Positions 36,087-47,680 of a stretch of 64,000 nucleotides of DNA are shown here, piece after piece (position 1 is the stretch's first letter; each line of letters begins with the position of its first letter). The stretch is from Chloroflexota bacterium (lineage in GTDB: Bacteria; Chloroflexota; UBA11872). The DNA lies in NCBI GenBank assembly GCA_034423235.1, contig DAOUIX010000058.1, positions 10,484 through 74,483 on the forward strand. The letters run 5' to 3'. A program made the position numbers and the translations under genes. The notes under the pieces were generated by a model. It was not told the DNA's origin, did no database searches, and saw nothing but the letters and a program-made list of their open reading frames with translations.

Positions 36087-37434
36087 CGGAGCTCTGGTCA
36101 TTCGCGGTGGGCGCGTGATCGACCCGTCGCAGCGCCTAGACCGGGTGGCCGATGTGGTGATCGAAAACGGCCAGGTAGCCGCCATCGATCCTCCCGACGG
36201 CCAGCTCCCCCTGGGCGATCCGACCGTGGTCGATGCCCGCGGCCTCGTCGTCACGCCCGGATTTGTCGACATCCACGCCCACCTCCGTGTGCCCGGATTC
36301 GAGTACAAAGAGGACCTTCTCAGCGGAACGCGCGCGGCGGCGGCCGGCGGCTTCACCACCGTCTGCGCCATGCCAAACACCAATCCGGTCATCGACTCGC
36401 GCAGCGTGGTGGAGTACGTCCTTGAACAAGCGGCCGCCGATGCGGTCGTGCGCGTCCACGTCCTGGCCGCCATCAGCCTGGGACAGGCCGGCGAGCAACT
36501 GGTGGAAATGGGCGACCTGAGCGATGCCGGCGCCATTGGCTTCACCGACGACGGCATTCCCGTAGCGAGCTCCAAGCTCATGCGTCACGCCCTGGAATAC
36601 GCCACGCAGCTCGGGCGACCAATCAGCAACCATGCCGAGGACCAGGCGCTCACCGCGGGCACCGCCATGCATGAAGGCTTAACCTCCATGCGCCTGGGCC
36701 TTCCCGGCACCCCACGCCAGGCCGAGGAAATCATGCTGGCGCGCGACTTGCTCCTGGCCGAGCTGACCGGCGGGCGCTACCACTGCATCCACGTCACCTC
36801 GGGCGGCTCGGTCGATTTCATCCGTCGCGCCAAGGATCGTGGCGCCAACGTCACCGCCGAAGTGTCGCCACACCATTTGACGCTCACTGACGACCTGGTG
36901 GCTGGCCGCACCGAGCCCGTCAGCGCCGCGCTGGCTCCCTACGACCCGAACACCAAGGTCGCGCCGCCCCTCCGCGAGCAACGTGACTGCGACGCGCTGC
37001 TTGAGGCGCTGCGCGACGGAACGATCGACTGCATCGCAACCGACCACGCCCCACACGCCCTGCACGACAAGGACCTGGAATTCGCTAACGCCGCCGTGGG
37101 CTTTACCGGTCTGGAGACTGCCTTGGCGCTGGTCCTGACCCTGGTCCACGACGGCCGCCTGGACCTCGGCGAAGCCGTGCGCTGCCTCACCGTCGAACCC
37201 GCTCGGTGCTACGAACTGCCCGGCGGAACTCTCCAACCTGGCCAGCCAGCCGACATCACCGTGTTCGATCCAGACGAGGAATTCGTCGTCGACCCGTCCC
37301 TGTTGTTGTCGAAAGGTAAGAACACGCCGCTGGCCGGCATGCCGATGCACGGCGTGGTGCATCGAACTTTCGTCGACGGCGTTGAAGTCTTCAACCGGGC
37401 GTCGCTGGAGCCGGTAGGCGCGCGTGCCGGCTAG
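36076..37434 (+). CDS. pyrC: dihydroorotase
   Basis: GTG start. LVIRGGRVIDP...VVTPGFVDIHAHLRVPGFEYKEDL...ATDHAPH. Confidence 0.95.
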   Translation: MSADGALVIRGGRVIDPSQRLDRVADVVIENGQVAAIDPPDGQLPLGDPTVVDARGLVVTPGFVDIHAHLRVPGFEYKEDLLSGTRAAAAGGFTTVCAMPNTNPVIDSRSVVEYVLEQAAADAVVRVHVLAAISLGQAGEQLVEMGDLSDAGAIGFTDDGIPVASSKLMRHALEYATQLGRPISNHAEDQALTAGTAMHEGLTSMRLGLPGTPRQAEEIMLARDLLLAELTGGRYHCIHVTSGGSVDFIRRAKDRGANVTAEVSPHHLTLTDDLVAGRTEPVSAALAPYDPNTKVAPPLREQRDCDALLEALRDGTIDCIATDHAPHALHDKDLEFANAAVGFTGLETALALVLTLVHDGRLDLGEAVRCLTVEPARCYELPGGTLQPGQPADITVFDPDEEFVVDPSLLLSKGKNTPLAGMPMHGVVHRTFVDGVEVFNRASLEPVGARAG

Positions 37435-38623
37435 CGACTACGCCGTCCTCGCTCTTGAGACCGGCGACACATTCTTCGGCTTCGCCTTCGGCGCGGAGGC
37501 CCCCGGCGCTGGCGAAGTCGTCTTCAACACCAGCATGACCGGCTACCAGGAGATTTCCACCGACGCCTCGTATCGCGGGCAAATCGTCGTCATGACCTAT
37601 CCGCTCATCGACAACTACGGGGTCAACCCCGACGACGTGGAGTCGCGCCGCCCCTGGATTTCCGGGTTGGCCGTCCGCGAGCTGGCCCCGACCCACAGCA
37701 ACTGGCGCCAGCAAAGCAACATGCACACCTTCCTGGCTCAGCACGGAATCGCGGGCATTCAGGGCATCGACACGCGCGCCCTCACGCGCACGCTACGAAT
37801 CAAGGGCCATAAGCGCGGCGTTATTGGCCGTGCCCCGGCAAACGTCGCCAAGGGGATAGACCGCTATACCTGGATTCGCGGCCAGGCGCCCGCCGCCACG
37901 GCCTGGGCCGCCGAGCAGGTGCAGGCCGCCAAGCGTGTGCTCCCCTACAGCGAGCAGCGCTACGTGGCCGAGGTCACCACCCCCGACCGCCAGGTGGCCG
38001 GCCCCGTGCACTGGGCGCCCTGGCCCAAGCCGCCGCAACGCGACGGCTCGCCACGCATCGCGCTGCTGGACGTCGGCGTCAAGACCAACATCGTGCGCTC
38101 CCTCGTCAGCCGCGGCTGCCACGTGGACGTGCTCCCCTACGGCGCCAGCGTTGATCAAGTCGAGACAACCGACCCTGACGGCGTCCTGGTCTGCAACGGC
38201 CCCGGCGACCCCGAGCAAGCCAATCGAGCCATTGACACAGTTCGAGATCTGATCGGCCGTCGGCCGCTCATGGGCGTTTGCCTGGGGCACCAGATTCTCG
38301 GCCTGGCCATCGGCGCCACCACCAGCCGCCTGCCCTACGGCCACCGCGGCGCCAACCAGCCAATCAAGGACCTGGATACGGGCCGCGCCCACATCACCTC
38401 CCAGAATCACGGGTTCCAGGTGGACGCGGCGTCGATTCCTCCGAGCAGCGGCTTCCGGGTCAGCCACGTCAACCTCAACGACGGATCCGTCGAAGGCCTG
38501 GCGCACGACTCATTGCCGGTCTTCTCGGTCCAGTACCACCCGGAAGCCAGCCCAGGCCCGCAGGACAACCAATACCTCTTCGACCGCTTCCTCGACCTCG
38601 TCGACGACAACCGCCGTCTATGA
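37424..38623 (+). CDS. carA: carbamoyl-phosphate synthase small (glutaminase) subunit
   Basis: GTG start. VVFNTSMTGYQEISTDASYRGQIVVMTYPLIDNYGVN...GVCLGHQ. Confidence 0.95.
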   Translation: MPASDYAVLALETGDTFFGFAFGAEAPGAGEVVFNTSMTGYQEISTDASYRGQIVVMTYPLIDNYGVNPDDVESRRPWISGLAVRELAPTHSNWRQQSNMHTFLAQHGIAGIQGIDTRALTRTLRIKGHKRGVIGRAPANVAKGIDRYTWIRGQAPAATAWAAEQVQAAKRVLPYSEQRYVAEVTTPDRQVAGPVHWAPWPKPPQRDGSPRIALLDVGVKTNIVRSLVSRGCHVDVLPYGASVDQVETTDPDGVLVCNGPGDPEQANRAIDTVRDLIGRRPLMGVCLGHQILGLAIGATTSRLPYGHRGANQPIKDLDTGRAHITSQNHGFQVDAASIPPSSGFRVSHVNLNDGSVEGLAHDSLPVFSVQYHPEASPGPQDNQYLFDRFLDLVDDNRRL

Positions 38624-38650
38624 GTCGGCTCAAACTCTCCGATCCGCACC

Positions 38651-41862
<3,212 letters not shown>

Positions 41863-41866
<4 letters not shown>

Positions 41867-42702
41867 CCCGGCGGATCGAGTCCGCCCGCGTCCTGCGCAA
41901 CACGCGAATCACCGAACGGCTCTGGTGGTGCGAATACGAAGCGCCCCTCATCGCCGCCAGCGCCCTCCCCGGCCAGTTTGCGCACGTCCTTTGTAGCGCG
42001 CCCGATCAGCTCGATCCGTTGCTACGCCGGCCGCTCAGCTTCAGCCGCATCGAACCCGACCTCGGACGGGTCGCCTTCCTCATCGACGCCGTCGGCCGCG
42101 GCACGGCCTGGCTCGTGGATCAGCCGGAGGGGACCGAAATCGACATGCTGGGCCCCCTTGGCGGCAACTTCCTCTTTCAACCAGACCTCACTCGGGCGCT
42201 CATGGTTGGCGGAGGCATCGGCCTGGCGCCCCTCATTGCGCTCGCCGACCTTGCACCGGCCCAGGGCGTGCAAGTGCGCCTGCTCGCTGGCGGACGCGAC
42301 GCCCATCAAACCACCCCGCGAGAGTGGCTCCACTCCACCGTCGAGTACCACGTTGCTACCGATGATGGCGCCCTCGGCCATCACGGCTTCGTCACTGACC
42401 TGGTCCCGGACCACTTCGCCTGGTGCGACCAGGTTTTCGTCTGCGGTCCGACGCCCATGATGCGCGCCATGGCCGAACTCACCGACGAGCTGGCGGCTAC
42501 CTTCGGCCCACGCCCCGCCTTCACCTCGCTCGAGGCCCGCATGGGCTGCGCCATGGGTGTCTGCTATTCCTGCGTGGTCCAAACCACCACCGGCCCCCAG
42601 CGCGTCTGTCTCGACGGACCCGTTTTTCCGCAGTCCACCCTCACCTGGACCTGGGAGCACATCGCCGCCGCGCAGCCCGCGTTCTTCGCTAACTGCGAGT
42701 GA
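41863..42702 (+). CDS. pyrK: dihydroorotate dehydrogenase (class 1B) electron-transfer subunit PyrK
   Basis: ATGA overlap with car[23 protein letters not shown]... and C-terminal 2Fe-2S motif [11 protein letters not shown]...VCLDGPVF. Confidence 0.85.
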
Positions 42703-42743
42703 CCGGGCAGTCCACGTCAGTTATTTCTATTTCTGCGACAGTG

Positions 42744-42822
42744 TGCCAGCGCAGGTTGCATTCGAACCCAACCACACGTATTGAATGGCCTGGCCCATTT
42801 CGAACGAACCCTCGCGCTGCGC
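42744..42822 (-). other. tRNA-like fragment (7-bp acceptor-like stem plus a GGTTCGAAT T-loop-like motif), not a foldable tRNA
   Basis: Minus strand reads CAGCGCG...GGTTGGGTTCGAATGCAACC-TGCGCTG-G-CAC: 73-nt spacing between complementary 7-mers and a T-loop consensus, but the D and anticodon arms do not form and the T-loop is 10 nt. Confidence 0.2.
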
Positions 42823-43251
42823 CTTCAATCCATCTACCGTGCGATACCGACCCGCGTCAATGGTCTTCCTCAGGAGTCTTGACCGTCGCCTAAGTCGCAG
42901 GTCGGGTTTCGGGTCGAAACTCTGAGAAACAACTCGTGACACGTGCTGTGATGGCAAGCCTTCGCCATCCGCTGTGCCATAGACTCACCCATATCGTTGA
43001 GAGTTGCACCGTTGTCACCAGCGCGTCGCCATCCGGACACCTATTCCGCAATTCGGGAGATTTCAGCTTGAATTGACGAGCTTGGACGCGTTGGCCTTCC
43101 ACACGCGACGATCGAAGTCTCACCTTTGTTCACAGGATTCGACCTTGAAAGCCACTACGACGAAACGTGAAGACCCAGTTGCACTTCACATAGTGATGTA
43201 GCAGACTTACGTCGTGTTCGAGCTTTCGCATCGTCGCTAGGAGGACGGTTG

Positions 43252-43515
43252 ATGAAGCTTAAGGAAGTCGTGTCGGGTAGCGAATGGGCAAGTCGCCCGC
43301 AACGCATGCGGCGGGTGAGCCCGGAAATCAGGGAAATCGTTCGCGCTGCCGGGCGCAGCAAGGCGGGCGAATGGACGGTCGTCAGCCTGACCGATGACGA
43401 AAAGAAGCGGCAGCCGACACTCCGCGGTCGGATTCAGGCGGCCGCCGTCCAGGCTGGGTTCAAGGTGAAGTTTGAAATGCGCAACGGCGACTTGGGAGTC
43501 CAGAAGGAAGGCTAG
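43252..43515 (+). CDS. hypothetical small basic protein (87 aa), orphan
   Basis: AGGAGG SD 8 nt upstream of the ATG; MKLKEVVSGSEWASRPQRMRRVSPEIREIVRAAG...FKVKFEMRNGDLGVQKEG; followed by a hairpin terminator. No family recognised. Confidence 0.5.
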   Translation: MKLKEVVSGSEWASRPQRMRRVSPEIREIVRAAGRSKAGEWTVVSLTDDEKKRQPTLRGRIQAAAVQAGFKVKFEMRNGDLGVQKEG

Positions 43516-43533
43516 TCGCCCGTGCTTAGCGAA

Positions 43534-43565
43534 GGGCCGCGCCGCGTGCGCGGCCTTTCGCTTTA
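43534..43565. terminator. bidirectional intrinsic terminator between convergent genes
   Basis: GCCGCGC-cgcgt-GCGCGGC stem-loop followed by CTTTCGCTTT; A-rich on the opposite side. Confidence 0.55.
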
Positions 43566-43589
43566 GGCGCGAGTTATCGAGGACACGCT

Positions 43590-44036
43590 TCAGGCATCCC
43601 GCCAGAGTTTTCCCATCGCCTGCACGCGTGCAAGCCGCGACTCGTCGAACGCTGGCAGCTCAAAGCCAAGAGGCTGCGGCGGGCCGTCAATGCCTAGAGA
43701 GGCCTGCACGTCAGGCCTCGTGTAGTACGCGTTGTAAGTTTGCTTCACAAGCTCGGTAAACGCCTCCGGATCCTCGCCCTCTACCCGTCGAAGTATGCCC
43801 ACCCGACCCCCGGAGTCGATCTCAGCGAACGGTGTCTCGCCGGCGGCGGCTTCGACGGCACGCAGCGCAGTCAGCACGGGACGCCGCAACCATGGTCGCT
43901 CGGTAAGGTAGCCGTCAACCGTCAGCGCCCCACCTAGCGTTCCGGCCCCCGGCAGGTCGCCGTATGCCGGCACCAGTTCATCCTGGACCAGCGTGAGCAA
44001 CGCAAGTTCCTCTGGCGTAAGGATGTGCGCCGTCAT
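43590..44036 (-). CDS. GMC oxidoreductase small subunit (gluconate 2-dehydrogenase subunit 3-like)
   Basis: Start MTAHILTPEELALLTLVQDELVPAYGDLPGAG at c(44034-44036), in ATGA overlap with the GMC large subunit. The ORF-track N-extension is rejected. No Tat signal. Confidence 0.6.
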   Translation of the reverse strand: MTAHILTPEELALLTLVQDELVPAYGDLPGAGTLGGALTVDGYLTERPWLRRPVLTALRAVEAAAGETPFAEIDSGGRVGILRRVEGEDPEAFTELVKQTYNAYYTRPDVQASLGIDGPPQPLGFELPAFDESRLARVQAMGKLWRDA

Positions 44037-45670
44037 GCCGCCACGGCTCGGTAATTTTTGCCCAGCCAGTCGGCGCATCGCAATGCCACAGCTTGAATTG
44101 TGCTGGTTGGATTCACGGCGGCGGACGTAGTGAACGTACTGCCGTCGATAACGAACAGGTTCGGGCACTCGTGCGCCTGGCCCCAACCATTGATAACCGA
44201 ACGTTCGGGATCGTCGCCCATGCGGCACGTTCCCATCAGATGCCAGCCGGACTCCTGCACGAGCGGGTCCACCAGAATCTCCACGGCACCCGCGGCTTCG
44301 AAGAGTTCGCGGGCACGCGCGATGCTGAATTCGAGCATGCGTTGAGTGTTCTCTCCAACGCGATACTCGACCCGCGGGGCCGGAATACCGTGCGCGTCGG
44401 TCAACCCAGGATCGAGCGTGACCCGATTCTCCGGTTCCGGTAGGTCTTCCAGCATTACGGAAGTCGTCATCGTGTGTGCGTAGCGCGATCGTAATGCCTC
44501 GTGGTGCTCACTGCCCCACGGGACGGGATGCCCAAGGATGCCCCCGTTGGCAACCGAGAGCGGCCCCACGTTTCGACTGAGCTGGAGTTCAAAACCTCGC
44601 ACGAACCCCCGCGCTAGGTCGGTTTCGTAAAACTCCTGGCAGTTCATCAGGCCACCAATCGGGCCACGCTGCCCGTTTACGAATTCCTCAAATACACCGC
44701 TCACAAGTGCAACGGGATGAAACATCAAATAAGCGCCGACAACGCCGGAATTGTTCGCCAGGCCGTTCGAGAAGCGTGCCGACGTCGAGTTGAGCAGAAG
44801 ACGTGGCGTTCCCACGCCGTTCGCGGCCATCACAACCACGCCGGCGGTGTGGCTTCGGCGCACGCCCTCGTCGTCGTAATAGAGGGCGCCGGTAGCTCGT
44901 CCGGCCCGGTCAACCGTGATCTGCTCCACCCGCGCGTGCGTGATCAGCTGTACACCTTGGGCCAGCGCTTTTGGCCAGTACGTCACGTGCGCGCTGGACA
45001 TGGCGCCGATGGGGCACCCGATGTCACACGGCCCACAGCAGTTACAGGGCGACCGGTTCTCACCGAACGGCTCGGATATCAGCGCGTTGTCGCACGGCCA
45101 CCAGTGCCAGCCCAGCTTCTCCAGTCCGCGCAGATACGCTTCGCACCCGGCATCGAATGCCAGCGGCGGCGTTTGCCGGGGGCTACGCGGTGGGTTGCCG
45201 GGATCGCCGGCCAGACCTGACACGCCAATCATTGAGTCGTTCAGGTCATAGAAGGGCTCAAGATCCCAGTAGGTAAACGGCCAGTCGTCGGCCACGCCAT
45301 CCAGCGTTCGCACGCGGAAGTCGGACGGGCGCATCCGCGGAAAATGCCCGCTCCAATGCACCGTACTACCGCCCACCGCGTTGACCATCAGCGGAAAAAT
45401 GGGGGTCCCGCTGTTGTTGATGGGGTAGTCCTCGGCCCACCTGCGCACATTCGGGTCCTTGGCGAACGACGTCTGCCGGGCGAGTTCGTAGTCAGGTCGA
45501 CTGTGCGCGTACTCCGAGGGCTCGACCCATCGGCCTTGTTCCAGGCAGGTAACCCGTAGTCCCCGGCGCGAGAGCGACCAAGCCGCTGCGGCGCCCGAGG
45601 CGCCGGAACCAACGATCAGGACATCGGAATCAAATTCCGGCGCAGCCATCGCATCATCACCCGGACTCAA
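44033..45670 (-). CDS. GMC-family FAD-dependent oxidoreductase (large subunit)
   Basis: 545 aa. DVLIVGSGASGAAAAWSLSRRGLRVTCLEQG (FAD-binding GxGxxG) and a C-terminal GMC_oxred_C region (GTCRMG). Confidence 0.85.
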   Translation of the reverse strand: MSPGDDAMAAPEFDSDVLIVGSGASGAAAAWSLSRRGLRVTCLEQGRWVEPSEYAHSRPDYELARQTSFAKDPNVRRWAEDYPINNSGTPIFPLMVNAVGGSTVHWSGHFPRMRPSDFRVRTLDGVADDWPFTYWDLEPFYDLNDSMIGVSGLAGDPGNPPRSPRQTPPLAFDAGCEAYLRGLEKLGWHWWPCDNALISEPFGENRSPCNCCGPCDIGCPIGAMSSAHVTYWPKALAQGVQLITHARVEQITVDRAGRATGALYYDDEGVRRSHTAGVVVMAANGVGTPRLLLNSTSARFSNGLANNSGVVGAYLMFHPVALVSGVFEEFVNGQRGPIGGLMNCQEFYETDLARGFVRGFELQLSRNVGPLSVANGGILGHPVPWGSEHHEALRSRYAHTMTTSVMLEDLPEPENRVTLDPGLTDAHGIPAPRVEYRVGENTQRMLEFSIARARELFEAAGAVEILVDPLVQESGWHLMGTCRMGDDPERSVINGWGQAHECPNLFVIDGSTFTTSAAVNPTSTIQAVALRCADWLGKNYRAVAA

Positions 45671-45703
45671 TCGCCTGAAGCATACGAGCCGCGCGTCGGC
45701 GCG

Positions 45704-46378
45704 TCAGTCCTTGATCGTCAGCCCGCCGAACAGGACAGTGCCTCGGATGCTGACCGTCGCCTCGTCCTCGGCGCCCGAATCCGCGCGTTTGTCGTCAACG
45801 CCCCCAAACAGGGCCACAACGTCGTTGTGGACGGTCCAGTCCTCCGGTACGCGCAGTTCTACGCCGCCGAACATGCAGGTCACGTCAATGACCGCCGGCG
45901 GCCGCTCCACGCGGGCCCGTCGCAGGTCGTATTCCGCTCCGCCGAAGAGCGTCGTGGTTTGCAATCCGGTGAACGGTCCGTCCACGTCGTCATTCACGCT
46001 GTTGAACACGGCCACATGATTCAACCCGCCGCCGGACCCGCGGGTCGACCCGCCTCCACCGCGAGACGCCCGTGTGGCGATAAGTAGCACGCCCGCGACG
46101 ATGATGAGCACCGGCCAAATGGCCCCTCGAACGACGTCCGGCACTCCGTCGAGGACTGAAAGCTGAACGGCGATCCCCAGGGCAATCAGAATCCAGGGAC
46201 CGAATGACCCGCGCAATCCACTACGAGCCAAAGCCCAGAGACCCAGGACGATGAGAAGCGATGGCGCGTATTCCCAGGGGCTGAAGTCGCCGAGCCCCAG
46301 GTTGCCCAGGAGCAGCAGCACCCCGACCGCCACCACAATCAGGCCGACGAGAACCCGACTCGAACCGCCGATGCTCAT
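45704..46378 (-). CDS. LiaF-like / toastrack-domain membrane protein (cell-envelope stress module-like)
   Basis: 224 aa. Two N-terminal TM helices, a Gly-rich linker, and a C-terminal domain with repeated LFGG motifs (TLFGGAEYDL, CMFGGVELRVPEDW, ALFGGVDD, VLFGGLTI). Confidence 0.6.
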   Translation of the reverse strand: MSIGGSSRVLVGLIVVAVGVLLLLGNLGLGDFSPWEYAPSLLIVLGLWALARSGLRGSFGPWILIALGIAVQLSVLDGVPDVVRGAIWPVLIIVAGVLLIATRASRGGGGSTRGSGGGLNHVAVFNSVNDDVDGPFTGLQTTTLFGGAEYDLRRARVERPPAVIDVTCMFGGVELRVPEDWTVHNDVVALFGGVDDKRADSGAEDEATVSIRGTVLFGGLTIKD

Positions 46379-46454
46379 CGGCTCCTCCGCCAGCGCTCAG
46401 TTTCGCCCGGCCGCAATGCCCGCCATCTGGATGAAAACAAGTATGCGGTCGAAT

Positions 46455-47426
46455 TCAGTTCCAACGGTGCGTCTCCGGATCGATGGACGACGACGGGACC
46501 GACTCCAGTTCTTCCCAGAGTTCGTCGGGAATCTCGAACGCGGCCAACACCAGCGTCTTCTCAATGCGGTCGGGCCGGCTGGCACCCACGATCGTCGAGA
46601 TGATGCGCGGATCCTTTAGCGAAAACTGCAGGGCGGCGGCGGCCAGCGGGATTCCGTACCGGTCGCAGATGGACTGCAGGCGCCGCGCGCGTTCCACCAT
46701 CTCGGGCGGCGCGGCCTGGTAGGCGTAGCGGGGATACGACTCCGGTCCGCGCGACAGGATGCCGCTGCCGTAGGGCGCCGCGTTGAGGACGGCGACGTTG
46801 CGCATGGCGGCGATTTCCAGCAGCGGGGCGGCCGAGCGGTTCAGCAGCGTGTAGCGGTTGTGTGTGACCACGACTTCAAAGCAGCCGGTCTCGATGTATC
46901 GGATTTCCTGATCGACCGGTCCACCTGCAACGCCCAGATGTTCGATCAACCCCTCCGCCTTCAAGTCCAACAGCACCTCCAGCGGGCCGCCGGGCGCGGT
47001 GATGGCGTCGAAGGTCGTGTGCTCGGGATCGTGCAGATGCAGGAGCTGAAGGCGATCCAGTCCCAACAGATCGAGGCTGCGCTCAACCGAACGCCGCATC
47101 TGCGGACCGCTGAACTCGCCGGTCGTCATGTCCCGGTCGGCCTTGGTGCCTACCACGTAGCCCTCAGGAATGCCGCCGCGTTCCCGCAAGACCATCCCGA
47201 TGCGCCGCTCGCTCTCACCGTCGCCGTAGGACGCTGCCGTGTCGATGAAGTTGATCGCGCTGTCCAGCGTTTCCCGCACGGCCGCCAGCGCGTCGTCCTC
47301 CGCCACCGAGTAGGCAAAGGTCTCCGGCATGTTCCCGAGCGCCGCCGTGCCAATGCACAGGGGCGTGACCCTCAGTCCAGTCGTACCCAGCGTGCGTAGC
47401 GAGAAGTAGTCACCCGGCTCGGGCAT
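46455..47426 (-). CDS. aldo/keto reductase
   Basis: 323 aa. LGTTGLRVTPLCIGTAALG...FIDTAASYGDGESERRIG is the AKR signature. Confidence 0.85.
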   Translation of the reverse strand: MPEPGDYFSLRTLGTTGLRVTPLCIGTAALGNMPETFAYSVAEDDALAAVRETLDSAINFIDTAASYGDGESERRIGMVLRERGGIPEGYVVGTKADRDMTTGEFSGPQMRRSVERSLDLLGLDRLQLLHLHDPEHTTFDAITAPGGPLEVLLDLKAEGLIEHLGVAGGPVDQEIRYIETGCFEVVVTHNRYTLLNRSAAPLLEIAAMRNVAVLNAAPYGSGILSRGPESYPRYAYQAAPPEMVERARRLQSICDRYGIPLAAAALQFSLKDPRIISTIVGASRPDRIEKTLVLAAFEIPDELWEELESVPSSSIDPETHRWN

Positions 47427-47680
47427 TAGGGCGGCCCCGGGATCGTCGAGTGAGAAGCGTGGCCAGCTTGACTGCGCTCACGCCCGGGCGTCGTCCGCCG
47501 ACCCTCGATAACTTCCATCGCGATCAACACGGTCGTATAGGCCTCACGAGGCACCTGACCGTCGTCGCTGGCAAACGACGACGGTAAACGCGAGTAATCG
47601 CCGGCGGCCATCTGATCGACGCGCCGACGCAGCCAGCTTCGCAGACGTTCCCAGGACTCGCCAGCATCAGCGGTGGACAT
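47426..47680 (-). CDS. possible small overlapping ORF (84 aa) between cca and the AKR gene
   Basis: MSTADAGESWERLRSWLRRRVDQMAAGDYSRL... The ATG lies inside the last codons of cca and the TAA overlaps the AKR ATG (TAATG). GC3 is lower than neighbouring genes, so it may be non-coding. Confidence 0.25.
   Translation of the reverse strand: MSTADAGESWERLRSWLRRRVDQMAAGDYSRLPSSFASDDGQVPREAYTTVLIAMEVIEGRRTTPGRERSQAGHASHSTIPGPP

Noticed and set aside
42744-42822. Intact tRNA gene
   Set aside because: It has acceptor-like pairing and a T-loop consensus, but no foldable D or anticodon arm, a 10-nt T-loop and no CCA/discriminator context. It is treated as a remnant only.
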